Assembly (NCBI GenBank): GCA_963770145.1 | Contig: CAVYOJ010000002.1 | Span: 180,848-244,847 of the forward strand | Reading direction: 5' to 3' | DNA length: 64,000 nucleotides | Source of the DNA: an uncultured Actinomycetota bacterium | GTDB taxonomy: Bacteria; Actinomycetota; Actinomycetes; Mycobacteriales; CADCTP01 | In this document: positions 19,081 through 30,794 of the stretch, piece by piece | Numbering within the stretch: position 1 is the first letter of the stretch | Layout of the letters: each line of letters opens with the position of its first letter | Notes under the pieces: model-generated | What the model was told of the DNA's origin: nothing | Databases searched by the model: none | The model's input: only the letters and a program-made list of their open reading frames with translations | Made by a program: the position numbers and the translations under genes

Positions 19081-20493
19081 TCACAGCAGCGACATCCGCT
19101 CCACGGCCCGCATCTTGTTCATCGCGTCCAGCGCCGCGACCTTGTACGACTCGGCCAGCGTCGGGTAGTTGAACACCGCGCCGACCAGGTAGTCCACGGT
19201 CCCGCCGCAGCCCATCACGGTCTGTCCGATGTGGACGAGCTCGGTCGCGCCGGTGCCGAACACGTGCACGCCGAGCAGACTGCGGGTCTCGGAGTGCACC
19301 AGCAGCTTCAGCATCCCGTACGAGTCGCCGAGGATCGCGCCGCGGGCCAGCTCCCGGTAGCGGGAGATGCCGACCTCGAACGGCACCGAGTCCTCGGTCA
19401 GCTGGTCCTCGGTCTTCCCGACGTACGAGATCTCCGGGATGGTGTAGATCCCGATCGGCTGGCAGTCGTTCATCGGCGTCTCGACCGGCTCGCCGCAGGC
19501 GTGGTAGGCCGCCCGCCGGCCCTGCTCCATCGAGGTCGCGGCGAGCGCGGGGAAGCCGATGACATCGCCCACCGCGTAGACGTGCGGGACCGAGGTGCGG
19601 TAGTCGTCGTCGACCTTGATCCGGCCGCGGTTGTCCGCCTCGAGGCCGACCTTGTCCAGGTCGAGCACCTCGGTGACGCCCTGGCGGCCGGCCGAGTACA
19701 TGACCGTGTCGGCGGGGATGCGCTTGCCGCTCTCCAGCAGGGTCAGCGTGCCGCCGTCGTGCCGCTCCACCTTGGCCACCGACTCGCGGAACCGGAACGT
19801 CACCGCCAGGTCGCGCAGCTGGTATTTCAGTGCCTCGATGATCTCCAGGTCGCAGAACTCCAGCATCCGGTCGCGGCGCTCCACCACGGTCACCTTGGTG
19901 CCGAGCGCGGCGAACATCGACGCGTACTCGATGCCGATGACGCCGGCGCCGACCACGACCATCGACGGCGGCACGTGGTCCATGTCGAGGATCTGGTCGG
20001 AGTCGACCACCGTCCGCCCGTCGAAGTCCACAGTGGACGGCCGGGCCGGCTTGGTGCCGACCGCGACGATGAACTTCTCCGCCGAGTATTCCCGCTCGTT
20101 GCCGTCGTCGGCCAGCACCACGATCGAGTTGGGCCCGCTGAACCGGGCGGTGCCGACGAGCATGTGCACGTGGTTGCGGGCCAGCTGGCTGCGGATGACG
20201 TCGATCTCCCGGCCGATCACGTGCTGCGTCCGGGAGGTCAGGTCGGAGACCGTGATCTCCTCCTTCAGCCGGTACGACTGGCCGTAGAACTCGCGCTGGG
20301 CCAGGCCGGTGACGTAGAGGACGGCCTCGCGCAGGGTCTTGGACGGGATCGTGCCGGTGTTGATGCACACGCCGCCGACCATCAGCCTGCGCTCGACGAT
20401 GCCGACCCGCCGGCCGAGCTTGGCGCCCGCGATCGCCGCCTTCTGACCGCCCGGTCCGGAGCCGATCACGAGCAGGTCGTAGTCGTACTCCAT
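19081..20493 (-). CDS. sthA: Si-specific NAD(P)(+) transhydrogenase (soluble pyridine nucleotide transhydrogenase)
   Basis: Intact. [33 protein letters not shown] and [14 protein letters not shown] are present, as is the C-terminal dimerisation domain. An RBS GGAGG precedes ATG 20493. Confidence 0.92.
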   Translation of the reverse strand: MEYDYDLLVIGSGPGGQKAAIAGAKLGRRVGIVERRLMVGGVCINTGTIPSKTLREAVLYVTGLAQREFYGQSYRLKEEITVSDLTSRTQHVIGREIDVIRSQLARNHVHMLVGTARFSGPNSIVVLADDGNEREYSAEKFIVAVGTKPARPSTVDFDGRTVVDSDQILDMDHVPPSMVVVGAGVIGIEYASMFAALGTKVTVVERRDRMLEFCDLEIIEALKYQLRDLAVTFRFRESVAKVERHDGGTLTLLESGKRIPADTVMYSAGRQGVTEVLDLDKVGLEADNRGRIKVDDDYRTSVPHVYAVGDVIGFPALAATSMEQGRRAAYHACGEPVETPMNDCQPIGIYTIPEISYVGKTEDQLTEDSVPFEVGISRYRELARGAILGDSYGMLKLLVHSETRSLLGVHVFGTGATELVHIGQTVMGCGGTVDYLVGAVFNYPTLAESYKVAALDAMNKMRAVERMSLL

Positions 20494-20554
20494 GTCCGCC
20501 TCCAGGAGTCGGGCCCGGGCCAATGGTCGCAAGCGACCGGCCGCGGCGCATCCC

Positions 20555-21791
20555 TCAGCCGTCCCGGGCGACCAGGCCCAGCCGCTGCTTGGCCAGCAGG
20601 ATCCGCTGCGCCGACCGGTCCACCTGAGCCCGGAAGGCCGGATCGCGGACCGCCCGGTCGTACAGCGCGGCGAACATGGCCGGCAGCGTCGCCGGGCTGA
20701 CCGTGAGCACCAGGTCGCCGCCGGCGGCGACGAACCGGACCGCGCGCTCGCCGGTGGGGACGGAGCTGACCTGCCGGGCGGCGCCGAGGTCGTCCGAGAC
20801 CACGACCCCGTCGAAGCCGAGGTCGTGGCGGAGCAGCCCGGTGATCACGGTCGGGGAGAACGCCGCCGGCCGGGTCGGGTCGATCCTGCTGTACACCGCC
20901 GAGGACATCATCACGAACGGGTGGCCGGTGCGGATCACCGCCCGGAACGGGCCGAGGTACGCGTCGGTGCGGGTGGTGACCCGGTCGGTCACCCCGCTGC
21001 TGACGTCGGTGTTCTCGCTGACCCGGCCGAGGCCGGGGAAGTGCTTGGCGGTCGGGATCACGCCGGCGTCGGTGAGACCCGCGGCGAACGCGGCCGCGTG
21101 CGCGGCCACGGTGGCCGGGTCGCTGCCGTACTGCCGGCCGAAGGCGCCGATCGGCGGGTTCGCCGCACCGGCCGGCACGGTGTCCGCGACCGGAGCGAGG
21201 TCGACCCGGACACCGGCCGCGCGCAGCTGCCCGCCCCAGGTCCGGGCGCGCGGCCCGCAGCTCGGCCGGGCTCAGCCGGCCCTGGCTGCGCGCGCTCGGC
21301 ATCAGCGGGAAGCCCGGGTCCCTTGAGCACCTGGACCGCGCCGCCCTCCTGGTCGGTCGCGATCAGCACCGGCAGGCCGGGTACGGCGGCCCGCACCCGG
21401 GCGGTCAGCGCCGCCGTGGCGGCGGTGCCGGCGTAGCTGCGGCCGGTGAGGATGACGCCGCCGACCCGGTAGCGGCCGAGCTGCCGCAGCGCCGCGTCGC
21501 TGCTGCCCGCGGCCGGCACGCCGACCATCAGCAGCTGCCCGACCCGCGCCGCCAGTGGCATCCGGGCCAGCACCGACCCGGCGGTCGGACGCGGCGTCGC
21601 CGTGGGGTGCGGGGTCGGCGTCGGGGTCGGCCGGGTGGACGTCGGGCTGGCGATCGGGGTGGGCGACGGGGTGGTCGGGGTCGGCGAGGCGGACGCGAGC
21701 GGCGTCGCCGGCGGCTGGGGGGCGGCATCGTGCTGCACGCCGTCGCCGCCCCGAGCGTGACGGCGGCCGCCACGGCCACGAGAGCCCGCAC
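20555..21791 (-). CDS. glycoside hydrolase family 3 N-terminal domain lipoprotein (beta-N-acetylhexosaminidase, NagZ-like); frame interrupted at least 3 times (near 21745, 21305, 21245)
   Basis: A lipoprotein signal [19 protein letters not shown] is followed by a Pro/Thr linker. [22 protein letters not shown] and KHFPGLGRV are found across ORFs 21528..21791, 21058..21738, 20466..21302 and 20555..21178. Confidence 0.85.
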
Positions 21792-21851
21792 ACCGCGACG
21801 CTACGGCACCCTCGCCACGCCGTCCGCCGAGTCGGCATAGGGTCGGAGACG

Positions 21852-22700
21852 ATGACCGACCAACCCCGCTGGCTGCCGCTCGAGGGCGCCGCCAACGCCC
21901 GTGACCTGGGCGGGCTGCCGACCGACGGGGGCGCCGAGACCGCCCCGCACCGGCTGCTCCGCTCCGACAACCTGCAGGGCCTGACCCCCGCCGACGTGCG
22001 CGTGCTGGTCGAGGAGGTCGGCCTGCGTACGGTCGTCGACCTCCGTACGGACGTGGAGGTCGAGCTGGAGGGGCCGGGCCCGCTCACCCGCGAGCCGCGG
22101 GTCGAGATCCGGCACCTCTCGCTGTTCCCGGAGAGCGGCGGCCGCACCGACGTCGACGCGGACGCGACGCTGCCCTGGCAGGCCGACGGCGAGGACGCCC
22201 GGCGCGGCTCGGCGCTGGCGACGACGCCGCCGGGAGCGCCGCCGGAGCCGGGCAGCCGGGCGGTCGCGTTCTACCTCGCCTACCTGCGCGACCGGCCGGA
22301 CAACGTGGTCGCCGCGCTGCGCGCGATCGCCGACTCGGACGGCGCGGCGGTCGTGCACTGCGCCGCCGGCAAGGACCGGACCGGCGTGGTCGTCGCGCTG
22401 GCGCTGTCGGTGGCCGGCGTGCCGCGCGAGCGGATCGTCGCCGACTACGTCGCCACCGCCGAGCGGATGGAGCCGCTGCTGGCCCGGCTCAAGGCCAGCG
22501 ACACCTACCGCGAGGACCTGGACAGCCGGCCGGACGACTCGCACCGGCCGCGGGCCGAGACGATGCGGCGGTTCCTGGCCGACCTGGACGAGCGGTACGG
22601 CGGCCCGCTCGGCTGGCTGGCCACGGCCGGGTTCGGGCCGGACGACGTGGCCCGGCTGCGGTCCCGGCTGGTGCGCTCAGCCGTGCCCGTCCAGGACTAG
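21852..22700 (+). CDS. tyrosine-protein phosphatase (Y_phosphatase3-type)
   Basis: ATG at 21852 within ORF 21555..22700; intact. It has NARDLGG near the N-terminus and the catalytic loop HCAAGKDRTG. Confidence 0.85.
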   Translation: MTDQPRWLPLEGAANARDLGGLPTDGGAETAPHRLLRSDNLQGLTPADVRVLVEEVGLRTVVDLRTDVEVELEGPGPLTREPRVEIRHLSLFPESGGRTDVDADATLPWQADGEDARRGSALATTPPGAPPEPGSRAVAFYLAYLRDRPDNVVAALRAIADSDGAAVVHCAAGKDRTGVVVALALSVAGVPRERIVADYVATAERMEPLLARLKASDTYREDLDSRPDDSHRPRAETMRRFLADLDERYGGPLGWLATAGFGPDDVARLRSRLVRSAVPVQD

Positions 22701-24381
22701 CTCGACCCGGGTCGGCCCACCGGGCACCACCCGCAGGTCCCAGTCCCGGCGGGCCAGGTGGCAGGCCGGGTGCTCGGCCGCCTCGTCGCAGCTGGCCGCG
22801 TACGCACTGGCACGCAGCCGCTGCTCGGTACCGACCCGGATCCGCCGGGTCAGCTCCGGGCCCTGGCTGGCGCCGCCGGCCAGGCCGGTGATCGTCAGGC
22901 TGGTGGCCGGGCCGTACCGGTCGTCCAGGGTCTCGCCGGGCGGCGGGGTGAACGCGACCGCGACCGTCACCTCGCCCGGGCCCACGTCGACGGTCCGGCG
23001 CAGCGGGAGCCGGGTCAGCCGGTGCGCGGCCGACTCGACCACGACCAGCTCGTCGCCGACCACCACTGCGCCGGTCGGCTCGGCCAGGTTGCGGGCGAGC
23101 GTGTCCACCGTCCGGGTCGCCGGGTCGTACCGCCGGACCGCGCCGTTGTACGTGTCCAGCACCGCGACGGTGCCGTCCGGCAGCAGCGTCACGCCCAGCG
23201 GGTGCTGGAACCGGGCCTGCTCGGCCGGGCCGTCGACCAGGCCGAAGTCGAACAGCCCCGCGCCGACCGCGGTCGCCAGCGTGCCGTCGCGCAGCGTGCG
23301 CAGCGACGAGGTCTCGGCGTCGACGAACCAGAGCGTGTCGCCGTCCGGCGCCAGCCCGCTCGGCTGGGCCAGCCAGCCGTCCAGCGCCGGCCCGTCCCGC
23401 AGGCCCTCCACGGTCGTCCCGGCGAGCAGCCCGGTCGCGGAGACGAGCAGGTGCACGCCGGCCGCGGCGACCGCGATCCGCCCGTCCCACCAGGCCACGT
23501 CCCAGGGCGAGAAGACCGGCGGCACCGGGCCGGTGATCGTCCGGGCGCCGGCCAGCGCCCGCGGCAGGTCGACCACCGTGGTCACCTCGCCGGTGTCCAG
23601 CCGCACGCCCCGGACCAGGTGGTTGGCGGTGTCGGCGACCAGCACGTCCACCCCGGGGACGGCGCCGGGCGGCAGCACGGTCAGCCCCTGCGGCTCGGCG
23701 AACGACGCGGCGTCCGGACCGCCGTCGGCCCGGCCGCGCTCGCCGGAGCCGATCCGGCGCAGCAGCGTCACCCCGTCGGGCGCCAGCTCGGCCAGCGAGT
23801 GGTGGCCGGCGTCGGCGACCAGCAGCGTGCCGGCCGGGGTGAGCGCGATCCCGCCGGGGAACCGCAGCGTGCTCTCCGGCTCCGGCGCCGGACCGAGCTC
23901 CGGACCGCCGCGGCGCAGCCGGTCGCCGTACTCGGCCACCAGCTGGTCGATCAGCCCGGCCAGCTCGGCCGCGTGTCCCTCGCCCCGGCAGGGTCGCGAT
24001 CACGTACCCGTCCGGGTCGACGAGGACCAGGGTCGGCCAGGCGTCCACCGCGTACTGCCGCCAGGTGTACAGGTCGGGGTCGTCGAGCACCGGGTGCCGC
24101 ACGTCGTACCGGCGGACCGCCGCCTCGACCGCGGCGTGCTCGGCCTCGTGCGGAAACTTGGGCGAGTGCACGCCGATCGTCGTGAGCACGTCGGCGTACC
24201 GGGCCTCGAGCGGGCGCAGCTCGTCGATGACGTGCAGGCAGTTGGCGCAGGCCGAGGTCCAGAAGTCGAGCAGCACGATCCGGCCGCGCAGGCCGGCCAG
24301 GGTCAGCTCCCGGCCGCCGGTGTTGAGCCAGCCGCCGGCGCCGCGCAGCTCCGGCGCCCGCACCCGTCCCGTCACCCGCAC
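22677..24381 (-). CDS. thioredoxin-like domain plus NHL-repeat beta-propeller protein; frame interrupted near 23975
   Basis: The N-terminus has LLDFWTSACANCLHVIDEL (a CxxC thioredoxin/AhpC-TSA fold). The junction is GYVIATLPGEG|HAAELAGLIDQLVAEYG. ORF 22677..23939 follows with repeated NHL-like blades (LLVADAGHHSL, VLVADTANHLV, LWFVDAETSSL). Confidence 0.85.
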
Positions 24382-24398
24382 GCTGCCCTGAACGCACC

Positions 24399-24427
24399 GG
24401 ACCCCGCAGGGTTTCCCTGCGGGGTCC
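24399..24427 (-). terminator. strong hairpin terminator after the small ORF that ends the 2-oxoacid dehydrogenase operon
   Basis: GGACCCCGCAGGG-TTT-CCCTGCGGGGTCC forms a perfect 13-bp stem with a 3-nt loop. It starts 7 nt after the TAG at 24434-24436. Confidence 0.6.
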
Positions 24428-24433
24428 GTCGGT

Positions 24434-24598
24434 CTAGCGGTTGATCTGCGTGCTGGTGAAGGCCCGCAGCTCCTGCTGCAGGGTCCCCGTCGACACCGCG
24501 TCGGTCGCGTGCCGCACCAGCCGATTGCGCCGAGTCACCGCGTGCTGCTCACGCCACCTGGCCATCCGGGACTGCACTGTGCTCATCCTCCTCGTCAT
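24434..24598 (-). CDS. small basic hypothetical protein (50-54 aa)
   Basis: Not in the ORF track on this strand. ATG at 24598 or 24586 sits inside a GAGGAGG context. The product reads MSTVQSRMARWREQHAVTRRNRLVRHATDAVSTGTLQQELRAFTSTQINR*. GC3 is about 85-90%. A strong terminator follows. Confidence 0.5.
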   Translation of the reverse strand: MTRRMSTVQSRMARWREQHAVTRRNRLVRHATDAVSTGTLQQELRAFTSTQINR

Positions 24599-24645
24599 AC
24601 GCCCTTATAGACGTACGGCGAGGAGGATTCATTCCCTTCGATTCG

Positions 24646-26158
24646 TCAGCCGAAGGCCAGCGCCAGTCCCGGATCCGTCAGCACCGCCGCGATGTCGGCC
24701 AGGAACTCCGAGCCGAGCTGGCCGTCGACGATCCGGTGGTCGAAGGACAGCGAGAGCTGGCAGACCTGACGGACCGTGAGCTGCCCGTCGACCACCCACG
24801 GGGTCTCCCGGACCGCGCCGAGGGCCAGGATCGCGGTCTCCCCGGGGTTGAGGATCGGCGTCCCGCCGTCGACGCCGAACACGCCGACGTTGGTGATCGT
24901 GATCGTGCCGCCGGACATGTCCGCGGGCGTGGTCTTGCCGGCCCGCGCCGTGTCGGTCAGCTCCTTGATCGCCTCGGCCAGCTCGCGGGTGGTCAGCCGG
25001 CCGGCGTCCTTGATGTTGGGCACGACCAGGCCGCGCGGGGTGGCCGCGGCGATGCCGAGGTTGACGTACTCCTTGACCACGATCTCCTGGGCCTGCTCGT
25101 CCCAGGCGGAGTTGACCATCGGGTGCCGGCGCACCGCGAGCAGCAGCGCCCGGGCCACGAACACCAGCGGGCTGACCTTGACCCCGGTGAACTCCCGCGA
25201 CGCGGCGACCCGGTCACGCAGCCGCATGGTCTCGGTCATGTCGACGGTCAGCCACTCGGTGACGTGCGGAGCGGTGAACGCGCTGGCCACCATCGCGGCG
25301 GCGGTGTGCTTGCGGACGCCCTTGATCGGGATGCGCTGCTCGCGCGACGCGTCCCAGGTCGGGGCGGCCGGCGCCACCGGGGTCGGCGGCCGGCCGCGGT
25401 CGCGGCCGGCTCGGGCTGGGTCGCGGTCCGGGCCGCCGCCTCGACGTCGGCGCGGGTGATCACGCCGCCGTCGCCGGATCCGGTCACCGTGCCCAGGTCG
25501 ACGCCGAGGTCGCTGGCGAGCTTGCGGACCGGCGGCTTGGCCAGCACGCTGACGCCGTGCCCGTTGGACCCCGGCCGCGCCGGCTCGGTCGATGCCGGCC
25601 TCGGTCTGCAGCACGGCGGCCGGCTCCGGTGCGGCCTGCTCGGGTGCGGACTGCTCGCGGAGCGGCCTGCGCCGGAGCGGCCTGTCAGTGCGGACTGCGC
25701 CGGTGCGGACTGGCCGGCCGGGGCTCCGCTCTTGCGCGGGCGGCGCTTCGCGACCACGGACCGCGGTCCGTAGCCGACCAGCACCGCGGTACGGCCGCCC
25801 GGCGCCGGCGAGCCGATCAGCCCCGGCTCGACCGCTGCCTCCTCGGGCAGCGGCGGCGACCAGGTCCTCCGGGTGGGCCTGCGCCGCCGGGCGGCACGCC
25901 GGGCGCACCCTCCGGGTCGACGTCGACCGTGATGATCGGCGTCCCGACGTCGACGGTCGCGCCCTCGGCCACCAGCAGCTCGGTGACCGTCCCGGCGTAC
26001 GGGCAGGGCAGCTCGACGGCCGCCTTCGCGGTCTCGATCTCCACGATCGTCTGGTTGACCGTGACCATGTCGCCCGGCTTGACGTACCACTTCAGGATCT
26101 CGGCCTCGGTGAGCCCCTCCCCGGCGTCGGGAAGCCTGAACTGCTTGAAGGTCGGCAC
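24646..26158 (-). CDS. dihydrolipoamide acyltransferase, E2 component of a branched-chain 2-oxoacid (or pyruvate) dehydrogenase complex; frame interrupted about 3 times
   Basis: The lipoyl domain reads [21 protein letters not shown]...[11 protein letters not shown] (GTG 26158, RBS AGGAG). The E3-binding domain reads [17 protein letters not shown]. The catalytic domain contains DHRIVDG. These lie in ORFs 25817..26158, 25248..26090 and 24646..25908. Confidence 0.9.
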
Positions 26159-26168
26159 CAGCGAACTC

Positions 26169-27144
26169 CTAGAAGGCGAGCGAGCGGTCGACGGCGTCGA
26201 GCACCCGGTCGAGGTCGGGCAGGAAGTCCTCCTCCAGCCGGGACGGCGGGTACGGCGTGTCGAACCCGCCGACCCGCAGCACCGGCGCCTCCAGCGAGTA
26301 GAACGCCTGCTCGGTGATCCGGGCGGCGAGCTCGGAGCCGAGGCCGAGGGTGACCGGCGCCTCGTGCACGACGACCAGCCGCCCGGTCCGCCGGACCGAG
26401 TCGAGGACCGTGTCGGAGTCGAGCGGGGACAGCGAGCGCAGGTCGATGACCTCCAGCTGGCGCCCGTCCTCCTCGGCCGCGGTGGCCGCGTCCAGCGCGA
26501 CCTTCACCATCGGCCCGTACGCGGCGACCGTGACGTCGGAGCCGGTGCGCACGCACCCGGGCCTGGTGCAGCGGGTCCGGCGTGGCGGACGGGTCGACCT
26601 CGGCCTTCTCCCAGTACCGCCGCTTGGGCTCGAGGAAGATCACCGGGTCGTCGCTGGCGATGGCCTGCTGGATCATGTGGAAGCCGTCGGCCGGGTTGGA
26701 GCAGGCGACGACCTTGAGCCCCGCGGTGTGCGCGAAGTAGGCCTCCGGGGACTCGCTGTGGTGCTCGACCGCGCCGATGCCGCCGCCGAACGGGATCCGG
26801 ATGGTCACCGGCAGGCTGATGTTGCCCTTGGACCGGTAGTGCATCTTCGCCAGCTGGCTGACGATCTGGTCGAAGGCCGGGTAGACGAACCCGTCGAACT
26901 GGATCTCGCAGATCGGCCGGTAGCCGCGCATGGCCAGCCCGATCGCGGTGCCGATGATGCCGGACTCGGCCAGCGGGGTGTCGATCACCCGGTCCTCGCC
27001 GAAGTCCTTCTGCAGGCCGTCGGTGACCCGGAAGACACCGCCGAGCTTGCCGACGTCCTCGCCCATGATGAGCACCTTCGGGTCGGCGTCCATGGCCGCG
27101 CGCAGCCCCTCGTTGAGCGCCTTGGCCAGCGTGTAGGTCGCCAT
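26169..27144 (-). CDS. 2-oxoacid dehydrogenase E1 component beta subunit; frame interrupted near 26555
   Basis: [32 protein letters not shown]... starts at ATG 27144, which overlaps the E1-alpha stop. The junction QARV|[13 protein letters not shown] (extra C) leads into ORF 26169..26552. Confidence 0.9.
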
Positions 27145-28259
27145 CAGTGCCGCACCTCCTCGAACGAGTCGAGGTAGGCCGCGAAGCCGTCGCGCTGGGT
27201 GCGCAGGTGCGGGGTCGGCTCCGCGTACACCTCGGCGAAGATCTCCAGCGGCTCCGGGTCGGCCATCTCCACGCAGGCCCTGCCGGACCTCGCGCGGCCA
27301 GCTCCGTCGCCTCGGCCTCGACCGCGTCGAAGAAGTCGGCGTCCGCCTCGCCGGAACGGGACAGGTACGCCTTGACCCGCTCGATCGGGTCGCGCAGCCG
27401 CCAGATCTCCAGCTCGCGTGGCCAGCCGGTAGCGGGTCGGGTCGTCGGAGGTGGTGTGCGCCCCCATCCGGTAGGTGTACGCCTCGACCAGCGTCGGCCC
27501 CTGCCCGGTCCGGGCCGCGTCCAGCGCCGCCCGGGTGACCGCCAGGCAGCCGAGCACGTCGTTGCCGTCGACCCGGACGCCGGGGAAGCCGAAGCCGCGG
27601 GCCCGCTGGAACAGCGGGATCCGGGACTGCTTCTCGATCGGCTCGGAGATCGCCCACTGGTTGTTCTGGCAGAAGAACACGACCGGGGCGTTGAACACGC
27701 TCGCCCACACGAACGCCTCGTTGACGTCGCCCTGGCTGGAGGCGCCGTCGCCGAAGTACGTGATCACGGCGTCCTCGCCGCCGTCACGCTGCATGCCCAT
27801 CGCATACCCGGTCGCGTGCAGGGCTGCGCGCCGATGACGATCGAGTAGAGGTTGAGGTTGCGCTCGCTCGGGTCCCAGCCGCCGAAGTCGTTGCCGCGGT
27901 AGAGGCTGAGCAGCTCGGCCGGCTCCACGCCGCGGCACCAGGCCACGCCGTGCTCGCGGTAGCTGGGGAAGGCCATGTCGCCCGGCCGCAGCGCCCGGCC
28001 GGACCCGACCTGCGCCGCCTCCTGGCCGAGCAGCGAGGCCCAGATGCCCAGCTCGCCCTGCCGCTGCAGCGCGGTCGCCTCGACGTCGATCCGGCGGACC
28101 AGGACCAGGTCGCGGTAGAGGCCGCGGATCTCCTCGGCCGTGATGTCGAGGGGATAGTCAGGATGCTCACGCCGCTGCCCCTCCGGGGTCAGCAGCTGCA
28201 CCAGGTCGGGGCCGCCGCCTGGGTCCGGCTCGGCGGGGACTCCGATGTCGACCGGTCAT
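27144..28259 (-). CDS. 2-oxoacid dehydrogenase E1 component alpha subunit (ThDP-dependent); frame interrupted about 4 times (near 28250, 27830, 27410, 27290)
   Basis: An RBS GAGGAG lies 7 nt upstream of ATG 28259. PDLVQLLTPEGQRREHPDY, YFGDGASSQGDVNEA, FFCQNNQWAIS and YRMGAHTTSDDP are spread over ORFs 27764..28201 and 27144..27938. Confidence 0.88.
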
Positions 28260-28475
28260 GCGCCTACTCCTCGCTCGAACTCCGCGCGGGATCGCCGCAC
28301 GGGGTGGACCGGCGCGTCCGAGCTGTGCGTCGGGGTGTCGACGTCGAGCCCACCTGCGCCGGAGCGTGAACGAACGCTCCCCCCATCGTTGCAGACACCG
28401 CTTCCGCGTACCTGTGCCACGAGCCACCGCGGTACGCCCGAGACAGGGCATCCGACGGCGGGACAGTCCGGCCGC

Positions 28476-30525
28476 TCACGGCGGCCAGTTCGGCCGGCAG
28501 CGGCCGCCCGTGCACGACCACCAGCCGGCTGACCGCCCTGGTCAGCACCACGTAGAGGCGGCGGAGCCCGCGCGGCTCGGCCGCCGACGATCGCGGCCGG
28601 CTCGGCCACCACGACGTGGTCGAACTCCAGGCCCTTGGCCAGCGTCGCCGGGACCACCGTGATCCGGGCGGTGTCGCTCGTCCCGGTCCTCGTCGTCCGC
28701 GCCCAGCACCACGTGCTCGGCGGCCAGCGTGTCCAGCGCGGCGGCGATCGCCGGCACGTCGGCGTCCGCGGCGATCACGCCGATCGAACCCTCCTCGGCC
28801 AGCGCCCGGACCGCCTCGACCGCGGCGGCTGCCGGCGACGTCCTCGGCCGGCGAGCACGTGCAGGCCACCGGCCGCCGCCCGGACGCTGGTCGCCGGCTC
28901 GAGGCCGACCGCGAGGTGCGGCAGCAGCCGGTTGGCGAACGCGATCACGTCCGCCGGCACCCGGTAGCCGCGGGTCAGCGGCTCGATCCTGGCCGCGGAC
29001 TTGCCGAGGTGGGCGAGCGTGACGTGCCAGTCCGCGGTCGACCACGGCGTGGTGCCCTGGGCGAGGTCGCCGAGCACGGTCACCGAGCCGAGCGGGCAGC
29101 GCCGGGCGACCCCGCGGCACTGCATCGCCGACAGGTCCTGCGCCTCGTCCAGCACCACGTGGCCGTACGACTCCGGCCGGGCGACCAGGCCGGCGATCTC
29201 GTCGACGAGCACCGCGTCCGGCGGCCGACCAGCGGGCGCTCTTCGCGCTGCGCGGCGGCGTCGCCCAGCCCAGCAGCTCCTGCTCGTCCGGGTCGAGCAG
29301 GCCGCGGGCGGCGGCGGCCAGCGCGGCCGGGTCGGTGTAGCAGCTCGCAGAGCAGCGCCGCCGGGTCGATCGCCGGCCAGACCGCGTCCACGAACTCGCG
29401 CACCGCCTGGGACCGGGCCACCCGCGCGGTCTCGGCGTCCGACGGCGCCCCGCCGGCCGCCTCCCGCTGCCGGCGGACGTCCTCGGCCACGTGCACGTGC
29501 AGCCGCTCCCGGGCCGTGGCGTACGGGATCTCGCTGCGGCGCAGGTCGTCGACGTAGCGGCGGAGCCGCTCGGGCGGGATCCGGTAGCGGCGGGTGCCGA
29601 CGATGACGACCACGCCGTCCTCCGGCCGCCGGATCCGCCGGCGCACCGCCCGGCGCAGCACCTCGGCCATCCGCGCGTCGCCCTTGAGCGTGGCCACCTC
29701 GGGCGGGTCGATCGCGCGGATCGGGCACCGGCGCGAGCAGCTCGTCGACGGTGGTCTGGGTGACGCCGATCTCGCCCGAGCGCCGGCAGCACCTCGCCGA
29801 TGTAGCGCAGGAACGCCCGGTTCGGCCCGACCACCAGCACGCCGGACCGCCGCAGCCGCTCCGGGTAGGTGTAGAGCAGGTAGGCGGCCCGGTGCAGGCC
29901 GACCGCGGTCTTGCCGGTGCCCGGGGCGCCCTGCACGCAGATGCTGTCGTCGAGCTCGGCCCGGACCAGGTCGTCCTGGTCCGGCTGGATGGTGGCGACG
30001 ATGTCGCGCATCGGCCCGACGCGGGGCCGCTCGATCTCCTCCAGCAGGATCCGGCTCTCGGTGGCCGCCACGTCCGGCGCCCGGGGTCAGCGGCTCGTCC
30101 TCGTACGAGGTGAGCAGGCCGGCGGCGAAGCCGAACCGGCGCCGGCGCCGGACGCCCATCGGCTCGGCCGGCGTCGCCCGGTAGAACGCCCGCGACATCG
30201 GCGCCCGCCAGTCGATCACCAGCGGGTCGCCGGCCTCGTCGCGGATGTGCCGGCGGCCGACGTGGAAGGTCTCGCCGTCCGGGCGCTCGTTGTCGGGGAT
30301 GCGGTCGATCCGGCCGAAGAACGGCGGCACGCTGGGGTCGTCGGCCAGCGCCTTGAGCCGCCGGGCCCGGGCGGCGCCCAGCGACTCGCTGGAGAAGGCG
30401 TCGCCGCCGACGTCGCCGGCGGAGCTGGCCACGGCGCGCATGGCGGCGAGGCTCTCCCGGGACCGGATCAGGTGGTCGCGTTCGCAGGTGAGGACAGGGT
30501 CGGAGTCGGTGGTGGACGCGGACAC
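28476..30525 (-). CDS. HelD-type (UvrD-like) helicase / RNA polymerase recycling ATPase; frame interrupted about 6 times, true stop uncertain (the frame stays open to 28264)
   Basis: GTG at 30525 with RBS AAGGAG. The N-terminus reads ERDHLIRSRESLAAMR...FFGRIDRI...FHVGRRHIRDEAGDPLVIDWRAPMSRAFYRA. The P-loop is GAPGTGKTAVGLHRAAYLLY. Also present are VVLDEAQDLS, RGYRVPADV and KGLEFDHVVV...YVVLTRAVSRLVVV. GC3 drops after about 28470. Confidence 0.8.
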
Positions 30526-30794
30526 AGTGCTCCTTCGGCACGTGGTCCGGTCGGCGGGAGCGGTCCGCCGGCCGGGACGGTCCCACTGCCCAAGGCGCTC
30601 CCCGGTGGGAGAGACGCCCGGCTACGACGGGTGCGCGAGCAACGCGCGCGAGGATCCAGGGTAGTCCGCGGCCGGGACCAGGCCGAACGCATTTCTGGCC
30701 GGCTGGCGCTGGCCCCGTGCCCGGCCGCGCGACGGCGCGACGCCGTCCAGCGGTCGGCGACCGCGGCCGGCACGGCGCGAGCGGATGTCGCGCG

